Positions 9,997 to 20,226 of a DNA stretch of 64,000 nucleotides are shown here, in pieces. Source of the stretch: an uncultured Candidatus Poseidoniales archaeon. Lineage in GTDB: Archaea > Thermoplasmatota > Poseidoniia > Poseidoniales > Thalassarchaeaceae. The translations under genes and the position numbers were made by a program. Numbering within the stretch: position 1 is the first letter of the stretch; the number at the start of each line of letters is the position of its first letter. The DNA lies in contig CACAAP010000003.1 of assembly GCA_902530535.1 (NCBI GenBank), positions 721 to 64,720 on the forward strand, written 5' to 3'. Below the pieces are notes generated by a model. That model was not told the origin of the DNA. It saw nothing but the letters and a program-made list of their open reading frames with translations, and ran no database searches.

Positions 9997-12900
9997 TTGG
10001 GGAAGGGGTCCGTGACTTCTGCGGATGGAAGACCTCAACAAGATGAAGAGCTTGTTTTCTGGTCTTGGTTCTTCGAAAGAATTAGTCCCTTCACCGATCG
10101 GTTATCGAGTCTAAGGAATGCCGTTGGAGATAGTCCCATTGGAGGTTTTATCGACACTGCGGGTCAGTTGATCAACGATATCTCGGATACCGCTCACATA
10201 GCGGCCCAGAGAGTAGTGGAGTTGACTTACAGTGCAATTCTCAGAAGTCCAGCATACCTGATAGTGACACTTCTATTGGCTTCTGCACTGATTGGATGGA
10301 GGGCCGAGGACTTCGAACACCAGATTAACGGGGATGTCGAGATTTATCTCCCCGACGGGGCCAACTCAACACTGTTGCTTAACGAGGTAAGGGAACAATG
10401 GGCCACGGACATAGTGATTCTTTACATTCAGACGAATAACGCAGCCATCGGTGCTAAGCATGGTGATGAAAACATCACAGATGCCGATATTTTGAACCAG
10501 ATTTCATGGATAGAAGGTGACGATAACAACGCCCAAGCTGGGGGATATGGGAGAGGTCTGGACTACAACAAGGAGGATCGTGGATCCTATTATTGTTCCA
10601 GCCCAATGAGCGGCTGTGATGGCGTTGTATGGATTTTATCCCCGGCCCAAATCGTGAAAGAGGCAAACTCCACCGACTATCGCTTCTCGTGCGCCGTGGA
10701 GAAGTACGGGCTACCAGGTTCAGATGGGGACTGTGATTTGGCTAGTCTGAATCCTAACGAGGGATACTCAATACCCCAAGGGGACGGAGCCCAGGATAGA
10801 ATCGATGGCTATGTCGAGAACTCCGGGGATCTGTTCTCAAACTTCGTCAGAGACACCAACAACGACGGGATATGGGATACTGGGGTGGTAATAATGGGGA
10901 TTTCATTCGATATGACCAACACCGACATCACCCCCAGGGCCGATCTCAAGACAGGTGAGGAGATCAGAGATCATAAGGCATTCATCGCGTATGTCAAAGC
11001 ACTTCTTTCCTCAGATCCAGCCAGAATCCACTGCGCTCTTTGCTTCGAAGTCTATGATGAAGTCTGGACAATGGACAAGGAGAGGTCGGACAAGATTCCT
11101 GAAAGGAGAGCAGTCACCGTCACGGGGCTAACGCCTGTCTTGCATGACGTTTCGGACGAGATATACAAGGCACTCAGGTACACTATGCTACCAGTCAGCC
11201 TAGTGCTCGTGGGCCTTACGATGTTCATTCTCCACAGGAGCTGGAAGGTAATCGTAATCTGCGGGACCCCGATAGCGATGAGCCTAGCCGTTACCTTCGG
11301 TTCCACCGTCATCTTCGACATCATGCTCACGCCCATGATCATCTCAGCAGGACCCATATTGGTGGGTCTCGGTGTGGACTATTCGTTGCACCTGACCAAT
11401 AGAATCGAGGAGAACAGGAAGGATATTCTGAAGGAGATGGAGGAGGAGGCATGGACATCGAAGAGAGACGGGGTAGAGGTCCCGGAGCCAGATCCTTTCG
11501 ACCCCCAGATTAGTCTGACTGCCAACGTCAGAGCAGCCATGACTACTGGAAACGCGATTTTCCTATCCGCATTGACTACAATAGTCGGTTTCAGCGTGCT
11601 TACCTGGCATAGTCTAGTCCCCATCGAACCAATGAGGACCGTTGGGAAGACCCTACTGATTGGCATCTCGACCACCTTCATCATCTCGATGCTAATGGTC
11701 CCTGCATGGATAGAACTCCTACGCTACAGGAAAGGGGACTCAGATGGCCTGCTTTCGAGCGGAGTGGTGGAGTCTGCTAGGAGGAAGAGGATCACGGCAA
11801 GGAGGGAGTCAAAGGAAAGAGAAACGCCTTGGATGAAGAGGGAGGAATCCGCCATAGATACCTCTGACGTTTTCGGCACAATCCTTGGGATTAACAGCAT
11901 ATTCTTCTATCTAGCTTCCACATTAATCTTCACCGGTACTCTGTTCCTCATCACCGATCTAACAAGATTGGATCTATCCCCATCAAACCTCTTGATCCTG
12001 GGTTTCACCCTTTCGACAACCCTGACCTTCTCACTACTAGATGAGTTCTGGGAGTCTGTGGGCAAGGTCCCCCTCAAGGCCACTGTTTTGGTGATCCTCA
12101 TTTCCACGGCGGCCACAGTGTGGGGCGGTATGATGTTCAAGGAGCAGTTGGGGAAGGACATCACCGGATCTTCTGACGAGGTCCCCCCTAATCTCGAGTC
12201 TTATGAAGCACTAAGGGAGTACAGCATCGTTTTCGAGGGCGGTCAGACTAACATGTTCATCGTTGACGCCACTGAATACGTAACCGAGAACGACACGGCC
12301 CCAATCAGAGATCTGCCAATCCTAGATTCGATTGAGAGGATGCAGACCATCAGGATCGACAACGTGGAGAATACAACAACCATCAGTCTCGTGAATATAC
12401 TCAAGGCAATACATGTAGACGTACAGATCGGAAATCTCGAACTATACGATCAGAGCCTCTGGGACCTAATCCATGACGAGTGTTGGGACGAGTCCACCAA
12501 CCCACTCCGTCCAGATTGCTGGCCCTACACAGTAAGCAGTAGAGAGGACATGGTGAACATCGCATTCGACACCCTGAGCCCCGAAATTAGATCGATGCTG
12601 ATGAACTCAGACGACGGCGATGGTGAGACTAAGACCCTAGTCTATGTCAACCAACCATACATCAATCTCGCAGTAGCAGGAGGCCTAAGGGACACTATCG
12701 ACGGCCACCTAGACGAGGGTGGATGCTCCGATGCACTGAGATGCAACGCTCTTGGCATACAGGGGGTCTACAACTCTCTACTAACGGGCGGTCTCCCGGT
12801 TTCCCTGGACATTAACGACGGGATTCACGAGGCCCAGTCAAAGACAACTATTGCCACGATGCTGATACTGCTACTCGTAATGGCCATACTATTCAGATCC

Positions 12901-13392
12901 GCAAGACTAGCATTATTCACCATGACTGCAGTCGGAGTCGTTGTTCTCTGGCAACCCCTGCTGATGTGGTTCTACAAGGTCAACGTCAACGTATTCACGG
13001 CAATGATAGGTACACTTGTGTTCGGCATAGGTGTCGATGACTCAATCCACATAATTGATCGAATAAAGGACGAACGAGAGACTCCATCGGGAATTCAGAA
13101 GTCGGTTTCCAGAACGGGCAGAACAATTTTCGAGACCACCGCGACGACTTGCACAGGACTGGCCGCTGGGCTTTTCGTAGCAATTCCAGGCCTGCAGAAC
13201 TTCTTCTTACTGATGATGCTACTTCTGGTCTTGGCACTTTTGACCAGCTCCATCCTCCTCCCGAGCCTGATCGTCGCCTATCACGAGATTTCCCATGCTC
13301 TTCGAGGCAAGTCCTTCGGAACATGGCAGGACTATGACGAGAGCGGCTCTATCGCAGATTCGGCGCCCCTAGACGCAGTCATCTTCAGATAG
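9997..13392 (+). CDS. Large MMPL/RND family transporter
   Basis: GLGVDYSLH and GIGVDDSIH motifs in two TM repeats, with Cys-containing extracellular loops. Start uncertain (9997 TTG or 10012 GTG). Confidence 0.85.
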   Translation: MGKGSVTSADGRPQQDEELVFWSWFFERISPFTDRLSSLRNAVGDSPIGGFIDTAGQLINDISDTAHIAAQRVVELTYSAILRSPAYLIVTLLLASALIGWRAEDFEHQINGDVEIYLPDGANSTLLLNEVREQWATDIVILYIQTNNAAIGAKHGDENITDADILNQISWIEGDDNNAQAGGYGRGLDYNKEDRGSYYCSSPMSGCDGVVWILSPAQIVKEANSTDYRFSCAVEKYGLPGSDGDCDLASLNPNEGYSIPQGDGAQDRIDGYVENSGDLFSNFVRDTNNDGIWDTGVVIMGISFDMTNTDITPRADLKTGEEIRDHKAFIAYVKALLSSDPARIHCALCFEVYDEVWTMDKERSDKIPERRAVTVTGLTPVLHDVSDEIYKALRYTMLPVSLVLVGLTMFILHRSWKVIVICGTPIAMSLAVTFGSTVIFDIMLTPMIISAGPILVGLGVDYSLHLTNRIEENRKDILKEMEEEAWTSKRDGVEVPEPDPFDPQISLTANVRAAMTTGNAIFLSALTTIVGFSVLTWHSLVPIEPMRTVGKTLLIGISTTFIISMLMVPAWIELLRYRKGDSDGLLSSGVVESARRKRITARRESKERETPWMKREESAIDTSDVFGTILGINSIFFYLASTLIFTGTLFLITDLTRLDLSPSNLLILGFTLSTTLTFSLLDEFWESVGKVPLKATVLVILISTAATVWGGMMFKEQLGKDITGSSDEVPPNLESYEALREYSIVFEGGQTNMFIVDATEYVTENDTAPIRDLPILDSIERMQTIRIDNVENTTTISLVNILKAIHVDVQIGNLELYDQSLWDLIHDECWDESTNPLRPDCWPYTVSSREDMVNIAFDTLSPEIRSMLMNSDDGDGETKTLVYVNQPYINLAVAGGLRDTIDGHLDEGGCSDALRCNALGIQGVYNSLLTGGLPVSLDINDGIHEAQSKTTIATMLILLLVMAILFRSARLALFTMTAVGVVVLWQPLLMWFYKVNVNVFTAMIGTLVFGIGVDDSIHIIDRIKDERETPSGIQKSVSRTGRTIFETTATTCTGLAAGLFVAIPGLQNFFLLMMLLLVLALLTSSILLPSLIVAYHEISHALRGKSFGTWQDYDESGSIADSAPLDAVIFR

Positions 13393-13396
13393 TTGG

Positions 13397-13694
13397 CGAG
13401 GGTGCAGGGAGTAAGCCCCTTTCTGTTCACCTTTCGGCTGGTCGCATTCAACTATGCATCCTACCCGGTCCTGTCGATGCCATTCGGACCTGCTTGGACT
13501 TGCTCCGGCGTGGTTGCCCGTTCCAGCCACACTCAGGAAACCTCCCCCTCGCGGGTTCACCGTACTCCTGGCATGGTTCGTTTCTGCTGCAGAGCCGGCC
13601 CTCCCGGACCCTCGTCTTGTGACGAGACGCCTGCATCGCGGAGAGGGGACTTTCCTCAGTGTCTAACACTGTCAGCGACCCTCCTGCTCCCTCG
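13397..13694 (-). ncRNA. rnpB: RNase P RNA
   Basis: Minus strand has GAGGAAAGTCCCCT (CR-I) and AACAGAAAGGGGCTTA (CR-V), which pair to form P4. Termini CGAGGGAGCAGG / CCTGCACCCTCG form P1. About 300 nt. Confidence 0.93.
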
Positions 13695-13774
13695 GCTGTG
13701 CGGATGCACCATACCCGAAGAACCCACCGCATGACAAGGGCAAGCATCATGCACGTCCTACTAGACGCGGTTTC

Positions 13775-14476
13775 ATGTCCGATGTAGAGCTCTTGAAGGA
13801 GCAAGCAGGCATCGCAGCATGCCGCTTCGTCAAAGATGGCATGGCACTCGGACTCGGCACCGGCTCTACAGTTAGGTACTCTATCATAGAGATAGCAAGG
13901 CTGATCACTGAGGAAGGGATGAACCTCGTTGGGGTCCCTACTAGTGAAGATACGAGGAGGCTTTCGGAAGAGCTGGGTATTCCTTTGTTGAAGATCGAGG
14001 ACTCAGGAACCCTAGATCTAACAATAGACGGGGCCGATGAGTTTGACCACAACTTCGATCTGATAAAGGGAGGGGGAGGCGCTCTAACTAGGGAAAAGGT
14101 AGTAGCTCTGAAATCCAAATCGATGGTTGTTGTGGCAGATCACACCAAGAAAGTGGAAGTACTGGGCGAATTCGACCTACCAGTTGAGGTCGACTCGGAC
14201 CTCTGGGAAGGAGTTAGAGATGGCATTTCTCGAATTTGTCCCGGACAAGTCAGCCTGAGGACAAACGGTTCAGAACCGTTCGAGACAGATAACAACGGCC
14301 TCATCTTGGATTGCTCCTTCGGCCCAACAATCTCCGATCCAACATCCTTGGAGAGAGCTATTTCCGATATTCCAGGAGTGGTCGAGGTAGGGCTCTTCAT
14401 AGGCATATGCGATGCAGTAATCGTCGCTTCGAGTGATGGAATCGAAGAGCTGATCAAGTCTGATGGAAGAATTTAG
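13775..14476 (+). CDS. rpiA: Ribose-5-phosphate isomerase A
   Basis: GLGTGST, DGADE and KGGGGALTREK signature motifs. Confidence 0.96.
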   Translation: MSDVELLKEQAGIAACRFVKDGMALGLGTGSTVRYSIIEIARLITEEGMNLVGVPTSEDTRRLSEELGIPLLKIEDSGTLDLTIDGADEFDHNFDLIKGGGGALTREKVVALKSKSMVVVADHTKKVEVLGEFDLPVEVDSDLWEGVRDGISRICPGQVSLRTNGSEPFETDNNGLILDCSFGPTISDPTSLERAISDIPGVVEVGLFIGICDAVIVASSDGIEELIKSDGRI

Positions 14477-14515
14477 CATCCGTCGTCGTTAAAGAGGGCC
14501 TGCCAATCCCGAGCC

Positions 14516-14592
14516 GGGTCTGTAGCTTAGTCAGGTAGAGCACCCGGCTCTTAACCGGGCGGTCGCGGGTTCGAACCCCGTCAGACCCGCCA
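14516..14592 (+). tRNA. tRNA-Lys(CTT), intronless, CCA encoded
   Basis: Acceptor stem GGGTCTG/CAGACCC, anticodon arm CCCGG-CTCTTAA-CCGGG, T loop GGTTCGAAC, 3' GCCA. Confidence 0.96.
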
Positions 14593-14655
14593 ATGTATAT
14601 GCCGAGCAATCGAGGATTCATAACCGATGGTCTGAGACGGACGATTGGCGACGCT

Positions 14656-15984
14656 ATGGGGAAAGAGTACTGGATTGGAGATGTTAGGGCTGGCTCCCAT
14701 GATGCCAAAGAGGTGGTTCTCAAGGGGTGGGTCCACAGGACCCGGGGCTCCAACAAGATTCGGTTCATCGTTGTTCGAGACTCTACAGGCCACGTCCAAT
14801 GCGTGGCGAAGAGGGACGTAGTAGGTGACGAGTGCTTCGAATCTCTCAGGAACGCTCTAATCGAATCTAGTGTCGAGGTAACAGGTGTGGTAGAGCCAAC
14901 TGATCGAGAGCACGGCCATGAGGTCCAGGTTACTTCAGCCACTGTGGTCGGTCCCGTGAACCCCGATCGCCCCTTCCCTATCACCGAATCAGCGATGGAG
15001 GACTCGGATGGCGGTGAGACCGAGTTCCTACTGGACAACAGGCACCTCTACCTTCGAACGAGCCGAATGACGACCATGCTGAAGATTAGAAGCACCGTAT
15101 TCGGGGCAATCCACTCATACTTCCGTGACAGAGACTTCACTGAGTACCAGGCCCCAAACTTCGTTGCAGGGGCCGTGGAAGGTGGAAGTACACTGTTCGA
15201 AGTCCCATACTTCGGCAAGAAGGCATACCTCACCCAGTCTTGGCAGCTCTATGCAGAGGCAGCGATGCCGGCCCTAGAGCGACTGTACACGATGGCCCCC
15301 TCATTCCGAGCAGAGAAGAGCAGGACAAGGAGGCACCTAACAGAGTTCTGGCATGCTGAGATGGAGATAGCATGGGCTTCCAATGACGAGGTGATGGAAC
15401 ACGGGGAAGGAGTGGTGCGACACGTCGCGAGTACCCTACTCGAACAGAGATCAGAGGAACTCGAGGAATTGGGCCGAGATTTGTCCATGGTAGCCAGATT
15501 CGCGGAAAGCGAGTACCCCAGGATGCGCTATGACGAGGCCATTGAGACACTTCAGTCGAAGGGAGTAGAGGTCGAGTGGGGTCAGGACTTGGACTACTCC
15601 AAAGAGAAGATTCTAACCTCTGACTTCGAGGTCCCCCACTTCCTCACTCACTACCCGAGGGTGGCCAAGCCATTCTATCACCGTCCCGATCCTGAAGAAC
15701 CGAAATACGTCCTATGTCACGACCTTCTGGCTCCCGAGGGCTATGGCGAGATAATAGGAGGGGGAGAGAGGACATGGTCCGAGGAGGAAATACTCGAGAG
15801 AATTGACGAGGAGGGAACCCCTCGTGAGCCGTACGAATTCTACATCGATATCCGGAGATACGGAGGAGTCCCCCACGGAGGCTTCGGATTAGGGGTTGAC
15901 AGGCTATGCACCTGGCTTTCTGGTGCTGAGCACATCAGAGAGGCCATCCCGTTCCCAAGGGATAGCAGAAGGGTCACTCCATAG
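14656..15984 (+). CDS. asnS: Asparaginyl-tRNA synthetase
   Basis: OB-fold N-terminus, YLTQSWQLY, FRAEKSRTRRHLTEFWHAEME (motif 2), EIIGGGER, PHGGFGLGVDR (motif 3). Confidence 0.92.
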   Translation: MGKEYWIGDVRAGSHDAKEVVLKGWVHRTRGSNKIRFIVVRDSTGHVQCVAKRDVVGDECFESLRNALIESSVEVTGVVEPTDREHGHEVQVTSATVVGPVNPDRPFPITESAMEDSDGGETEFLLDNRHLYLRTSRMTTMLKIRSTVFGAIHSYFRDRDFTEYQAPNFVAGAVEGGSTLFEVPYFGKKAYLTQSWQLYAEAAMPALERLYTMAPSFRAEKSRTRRHLTEFWHAEMEIAWASNDEVMEHGEGVVRHVASTLLEQRSEELEELGRDLSMVARFAESEYPRMRYDEAIETLQSKGVEVEWGQDLDYSKEKILTSDFEVPHFLTHYPRVAKPFYHRPDPEEPKYVLCHDLLAPEGYGEIIGGGERTWSEEEILERIDEEGTPREPYEFYIDIRRYGGVPHGGFGLGVDRLCTWLSGAEHIREAIPFPRDSRRVTP

Positions 15985-15995
15985 GAAGTGGTAGT

Positions 15996-16397
15996 ATGGA
16001 CTCAGAGCAGACGCGACCCCTCACTAGGCTGGTAGCGCTCTCAGCGATAACAGCCAGCCTCTGCTGCCTACCCTCAGTCGTTTGGGTCATGCTCGCGGGT
16101 TCCTCAGCCATAGTCGCAGCGGATCAGCTCTCGAACGACCTCTACTACTCGTGGGTCCGATATGCTCTATACATGGTATCACTCTCCATGCTCTCCTACG
16201 GCCTAGTAGTTTACTTCCGCAATAGGGGAGTTTGCACCCTGGACGACGTAAAGAGGGAGAAGAGGAGGGTGATCAACACAACCCTGGCAGTTTTTACAGC
16301 CGCCATTCTTACTTACCTGATTTGGAACTTCGTCATTCTGGAGGTCGTCGGGATAGCCATCGGGCTTCCTTGGGAGGACTCTGCCTTCTGGAACTAG
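15996..16397 (+). CDS. Small 3-TM membrane protein, MerT/MerF-like
   Basis: ASLCCLP vicinal Cys pair in TM1 and a further Cys (GVCTL) in the loop after TM2, as in MerT-type metal transporters. Confidence 0.55.
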   Translation: MDSEQTRPLTRLVALSAITASLCCLPSVVWVMLAGSSAIVAADQLSNDLYYSWVRYALYMVSLSMLSYGLVVYFRNRGVCTLDDVKREKRRVINTTLAVFTAAILTYLIWNFVILEVVGIAIGLPWEDSAFWN

Positions 16398-16445
16398 AGC
16401 CCCGCACAACGAATGTCTCTTACGACGACCACCCCTACCAGCGTT

Positions 16446-17661
16446 ATGCCCGAGAGTTGGCGAGACATGGATATCGCAAATCCCACCGAGGAACACTCGA
16501 TGCTGAGGGAGATGGTTCGAAACTTTGTCAGAGAAAGAGTAGAGCCCCAGGCCCTCGAGAGCGACAGAGAAGAGAGATTCAATTTGGAACTATTCAGAGA
16601 AATGGGGTCGATGGGGCTCCTAGGGTTAACCGCCCCCCCCTGATTACGGTGGCGCGGGGATGGATGCGACATCTGTAGCGATTGTCAACGAGGAATTATC
16701 CTATTCCGACCCGGGCCTATGCCTCGCATTTCTAGCACATGACCAACTTTTCGTGAACAACCTAGTTCATAGCGGAAGTGAATCTCAGAAGGAGCGGATA
16801 CTCCCAAAGGTCTGCAGTGGCGAGTGGGTAGGATGCCTGGGAATGAGTGAACCAAACCAAGGCACGGACGTACTTGGCATGGAAACATCTGCCAAACAAT
16901 CCGACGACGGGTCTTGGATTATCAATGGCAGGAAGATGTGGATAACAAACGGCATCATTGACGAGGAGGGTACTCCGGCAGACATCGTCTGGCTTTATGC
17001 TAGGACCGGTACTGATGAAAGAGGCAGGGCAGAAATAACCACTTTCCTGGTCGAGAACGGAATGGAGGGGTACTCCGCAGGACAAAAGATAGAGGATAAG
17101 CTGGGTATGAGGGCGAGCACCACAGCCGAGTTGGTTTTCGAGAACTGTGTCGTGCCGAGCGAGAATATCATCGGAATGCCAGGCGAGTCGAAAATCCACC
17201 TTATGAGGAACCTTGAGCATGAGAGGGTAGCATTGGCTGCAATGAGTGTCGGAATCGCCAGGAGATGCCTAGCAGACATGAACTCATACGCTAGCGAAAG
17301 GGAGGCATTCGGAAAACAAATCAGAAATTTCGGCCAGATCCAGAGACATATCGGTGAATCTTGGGCTGATTACAGGGCAATGCGGGCATATGTATACGAT
17401 ACAGCGAGACAAATCGATCTCTCAAAAGCGGGCCAGAGGCTGGACTCGGACGGTGTGAAACTCTTCGCCACAACTGCCGCCAAGAATATAGCAGACAAGG
17501 CAATTCAGGTAATGGGCGGATATGGCTACGTCGGAGAGTATGTAGTCGAGCGTCTTTGGAGGGACGCGAAGCTACTGGAAATAGGAGGAGGGACCATCGA
17601 GAGTCACCAGAAGAACATCACAAAGGACCTTTCAATTGATTCCTCCGTAATAAATCGGTAA
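16446..17661 (+). pseudogene. Acyl-CoA dehydrogenase (isovaleryl-CoA dehydrogenase-like), split by a +1 frameshift
   Basis: ORFs 16413-16643 and 16660-17661 are N- and C-terminal parts of one ACAD (MSEPNQGTD, KMWITNG, KLGMRAS, R.AFGK.I, GGYGY). Removing one C from the C8 run at 16633-16640 restores LTAPPDYGGAGMD. May be a sequencing error. Confidence 0.85.
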
Positions 17662-18063
17662 TCAGTCGACATCCTCGATTATCTGCATCTTAAGATCCCC
17701 ATTGGAGGCGGAGTATTCCACTGATTTGATGGCGACTTTCACTTCTCTTCCATCAAACGGGTCGATGATATTGGGTTGACCGCTCCTGAATACTGAAATT
17801 AGCTCATTGTACTCAGAAACCGAAGCAGTGCACAGGACATCGTAGACTGCAGACTCTGAACCCTCATCCAGCAAGTCGTCTCCCTCGCCACCCCTAATGA
17901 CAGTTCTTTGTATCCTTCTTTCTATTTTTATCGTAATTTCCTTACACGGAAGGATTAATTCGACATCTTTTGCTTTCTTTGGTTTGAGAATTGAACCCCC
18001 TTCCTCGAACACCTTACCAATCATTGTCAGGCTAAGGGGCCTGACCAACCTATCCTCGCTCAT
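17662..18063 (-). CDS. Hypothetical protein, possibly related to phage DNA-circularisation N-terminal/tail-tube-like domain
   Basis: Clean 133-aa ORF. Fold resemblance is by-eye only (see findings). Confidence 0.6.
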   Translation of the reverse strand: MSEDRLVRPLSLTMIGKVFEEGGSILKPKKAKDVELILPCKEITIKIERRIQRTVIRGGEGDDLLDEGSESAVYDVLCTASVSEYNELISVFRSGQPNIIDPFDGREVKVAIKSVEYSASNGDLKMQIIEDVD

Positions 18064-18100
18064 GATATTCGTTTAGGGTCTCATTTAATCAACATTGCAG

Positions 18101-18883
18101 TTATGGTTCAGAAACCATTGTTGCTGTTGGTTTGAATTGATGTACAGAAATCAGGATCGTAATTTCCTCTGAGTCGTCTGCAGGGCCGAACCCGCCGTAT
18201 GAGTTTACGTCAAGGTTGATTTGCACAGAAATCACTCCGCTACCCCATCCCTCTACCGTCCAAGGTGAAAGGGCTTGGTACTCATTAACAGCCGTTTGGT
18301 TGAAGCTCTGATGTTGGTAGTAGTTTGGATATGTGACTATCCTCAAGTAAATCGGTTCGCAGTCACTATCCGAACCCGAGAGCGTATTCCCCGAGTCAAA
18401 CCACTGTCCGGTCAAAGTCGAATTATCCCCCAGAAGCGTAGCACCTATGGAGTCACACTCCCACTCCCCCCCGTCAGAAATCCAAATTCCGTTCTCACAT
18501 CTACCTTCACTGCCTGCTCTTCCATTGCATTCTTCTGGAATAACCTTCACGTCTATGTAGCCGACAAAATAACCATCATCCACCGATATTTCGTCTAAAA
18601 AGAAGTCGATCACTTTGACGTCACCGTCTGCCCATATGTCATCAAACTCGAACGTGAGGTTATCCCCATTATCGTCCACAACATTGTTTTCGAACGTAAT
18701 ATTCCAACTCTTTTCGGTCTTGACGTAGTCTACTAAGTCAGTCTGATTTAGAACCAAGTCAGCCGAGGTATAAGAGAAAATAAGCGCGGTTGCTAAGATG
18801 CAAGGCAAATACGCTGCCTTAGTCCCATTATCTTTGAATAAATTTGAGATTATTGCACCAAAAGAACCGTCGAAATCACTCAT
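18101..18883 (-). CDS. Hypothetical N-terminally anchored, exported acidic protein
   Basis: Hydrophobic segment (AAYLPCILATALIFSY) followed by an acidic beta-rich domain with Cys pairs and N-x-S/T sequons. Low-GC DNA. Confidence 0.7.
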   Translation of the reverse strand: MSDFDGSFGAIISNLFKDNGTKAAYLPCILATALIFSYTSADLVLNQTDLVDYVKTEKSWNITFENNVVDDNGDNLTFEFDDIWADGDVKVIDFFLDEISVDDGYFVGYIDVKVIPEECNGRAGSEGRCENGIWISDGGEWECDSIGATLLGDNSTLTGQWFDSGNTLSGSDSDCEPIYLRIVTYPNYYQHQSFNQTAVNEYQALSPWTVEGWGSGVISVQINLDVNSYGGFGPADDSEEITILISVHQFKPTATMVSEP

Positions 18884-18891
18884 CTTATCAC

Positions 18892-20226
18892 CTAAATCAC
18901 CGCAGAATAAAGGGCACAGATAATTAGGCTAAAGAAAACTACACTAGCAATGCTCGCACTCATTATATCATAATCCCTATCATCTATTTTTGGTATAACT
19001 AACTCGTCCATCCCAATTAACTTCTTCGACACTGTATCTCCCTCTCTCATGAGATTAGTCATTATCCGTTCCTCCCAGCCAATGAAAATCGCTACCACCA
19101 TGGCCAGAGCTGCCGATGAGATCATCTCCGGAACTGGAAGAAATGATTGTAGGAGTTCAATAACGCTGGAGGATACAATCAACAACATCAAGATTACCAT
19201 TATTCTTGTTAGCCATCGATTTTCCGATGCATCGGAGTTAATAATGTCGAAATTTAGTAGTATGTACATAAAAATAAGAGGTGTGAACAAGTAGATCAGA
19301 GTCTCAGATGTGAAATCGTACCATATCTCAAACGCCGCAGGAAAACTTTCACATTCAGTTTCCACACAACTCCTGACTATGTCCATAATCGCGTAGTCTA
19401 CAATTCCGGCAGTGAATCCAACAATTCCGACAAGGTACACGATTATTGAGAATCCACTAATCCCGGTATGATAGGTCCTCCAACTTTCGAAAAACAGCAA
19501 TATCAGTATCGTGCTCGCACCCATGGAAAGTACCAAATTTGTACCCAGCCATCCAAATGTAGATGGTTCCCAGAGACTCCATTCAACCGCAAATCTAGCG
19601 AGAAAGTCGTTGTTTATCGAAATAACCTGTGCCAACCAGTACGTCATTTGTTCCCCTAACATCGCGATTAGTAGTAATCCCGCAACCAAAGACATCCTCC
19701 TGTGAGAATTTTCCCCAGTTTCAATCTCCATCAAAAGGAAGCGGATGTAGACCAGAACGAGAATCATCATTCCAGGAATCATCAAAAACCACTCTCCATC
19801 ACTGTGCCTGTAATTTGTGAGTATGGATATAGTACTAAGGACGATTGATAGTACACATATCATAGCAGTTACTACCTTAATATTCCATTTTCTTTGGAGA
19901 ATTGGGTACGGGTAAATGAATGGAAGGAAAACCAGCAAGAGAATAGATATGGTCTTGCAAGTCCTTTGGGCGAATCTGAAGAATGAATCCTGTAAATTAT
20001 TGCTAGAATCAATTATCCACAATCCTTCATTAGCGACGATTGCTTCCATAACAGACGTGAAAGTGTATTCTAGCCCTTTCAAAACCAGAATCCATCCAAT
20101 TAGCAAACCCGCAAATTTCTCCACCCATTCCTTTTCGCCAGATCTTCTGACGAGAGCTATGGTAACAAAACCGAGAATCAAATCAACTATCGCGGCAACA
20201 GGGACAAGTGACTGACCCTCTGCCAT
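18892..20226 (-). CDS. Polytopic membrane protein (about 11 TM), sensor-like membrane domain
   Basis: Many hydrophobic helices and PLIFMYILLNFDII motif. No soluble catalytic domain. Low-GC DNA. Confidence 0.75.
   Translation of the reverse strand: MAEGQSLVPVAAIVDLILGFVTIALVRRSGEKEWVEKFAGLLIGWILVLKGLEYTFTSVMEAIVANEGLWIIDSSNNLQDSFFRFAQRTCKTISILLLVFLPFIYPYPILQRKWNIKVVTAMICVLSIVLSTISILTNYRHSDGEWFLMIPGMMILVLVYIRFLLMEIETGENSHRRMSLVAGLLLIAMLGEQMTYWLAQVISINNDFLARFAVEWSLWEPSTFGWLGTNLVLSMGASTILILLFFESWRTYHTGISGFSIIVYLVGIVGFTAGIVDYAIMDIVRSCVETECESFPAAFEIWYDFTSETLIYLFTPLIFMYILLNFDIINSDASENRWLTRIMVILMLLIVSSSVIELLQSFLPVPEMISSAALAMVVAIFIGWEERIMTNLMREGDTVSKKLIGMDELVIPKIDDRDYDIMSASIASVVFFSLIICALYSAVI

Noticed and set aside
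13393-13804. ORFs 13393-13734, 13448-13804 and 13454-13666
   Set aside because: They overlap the RNase P RNA gene and have no protein-like features.
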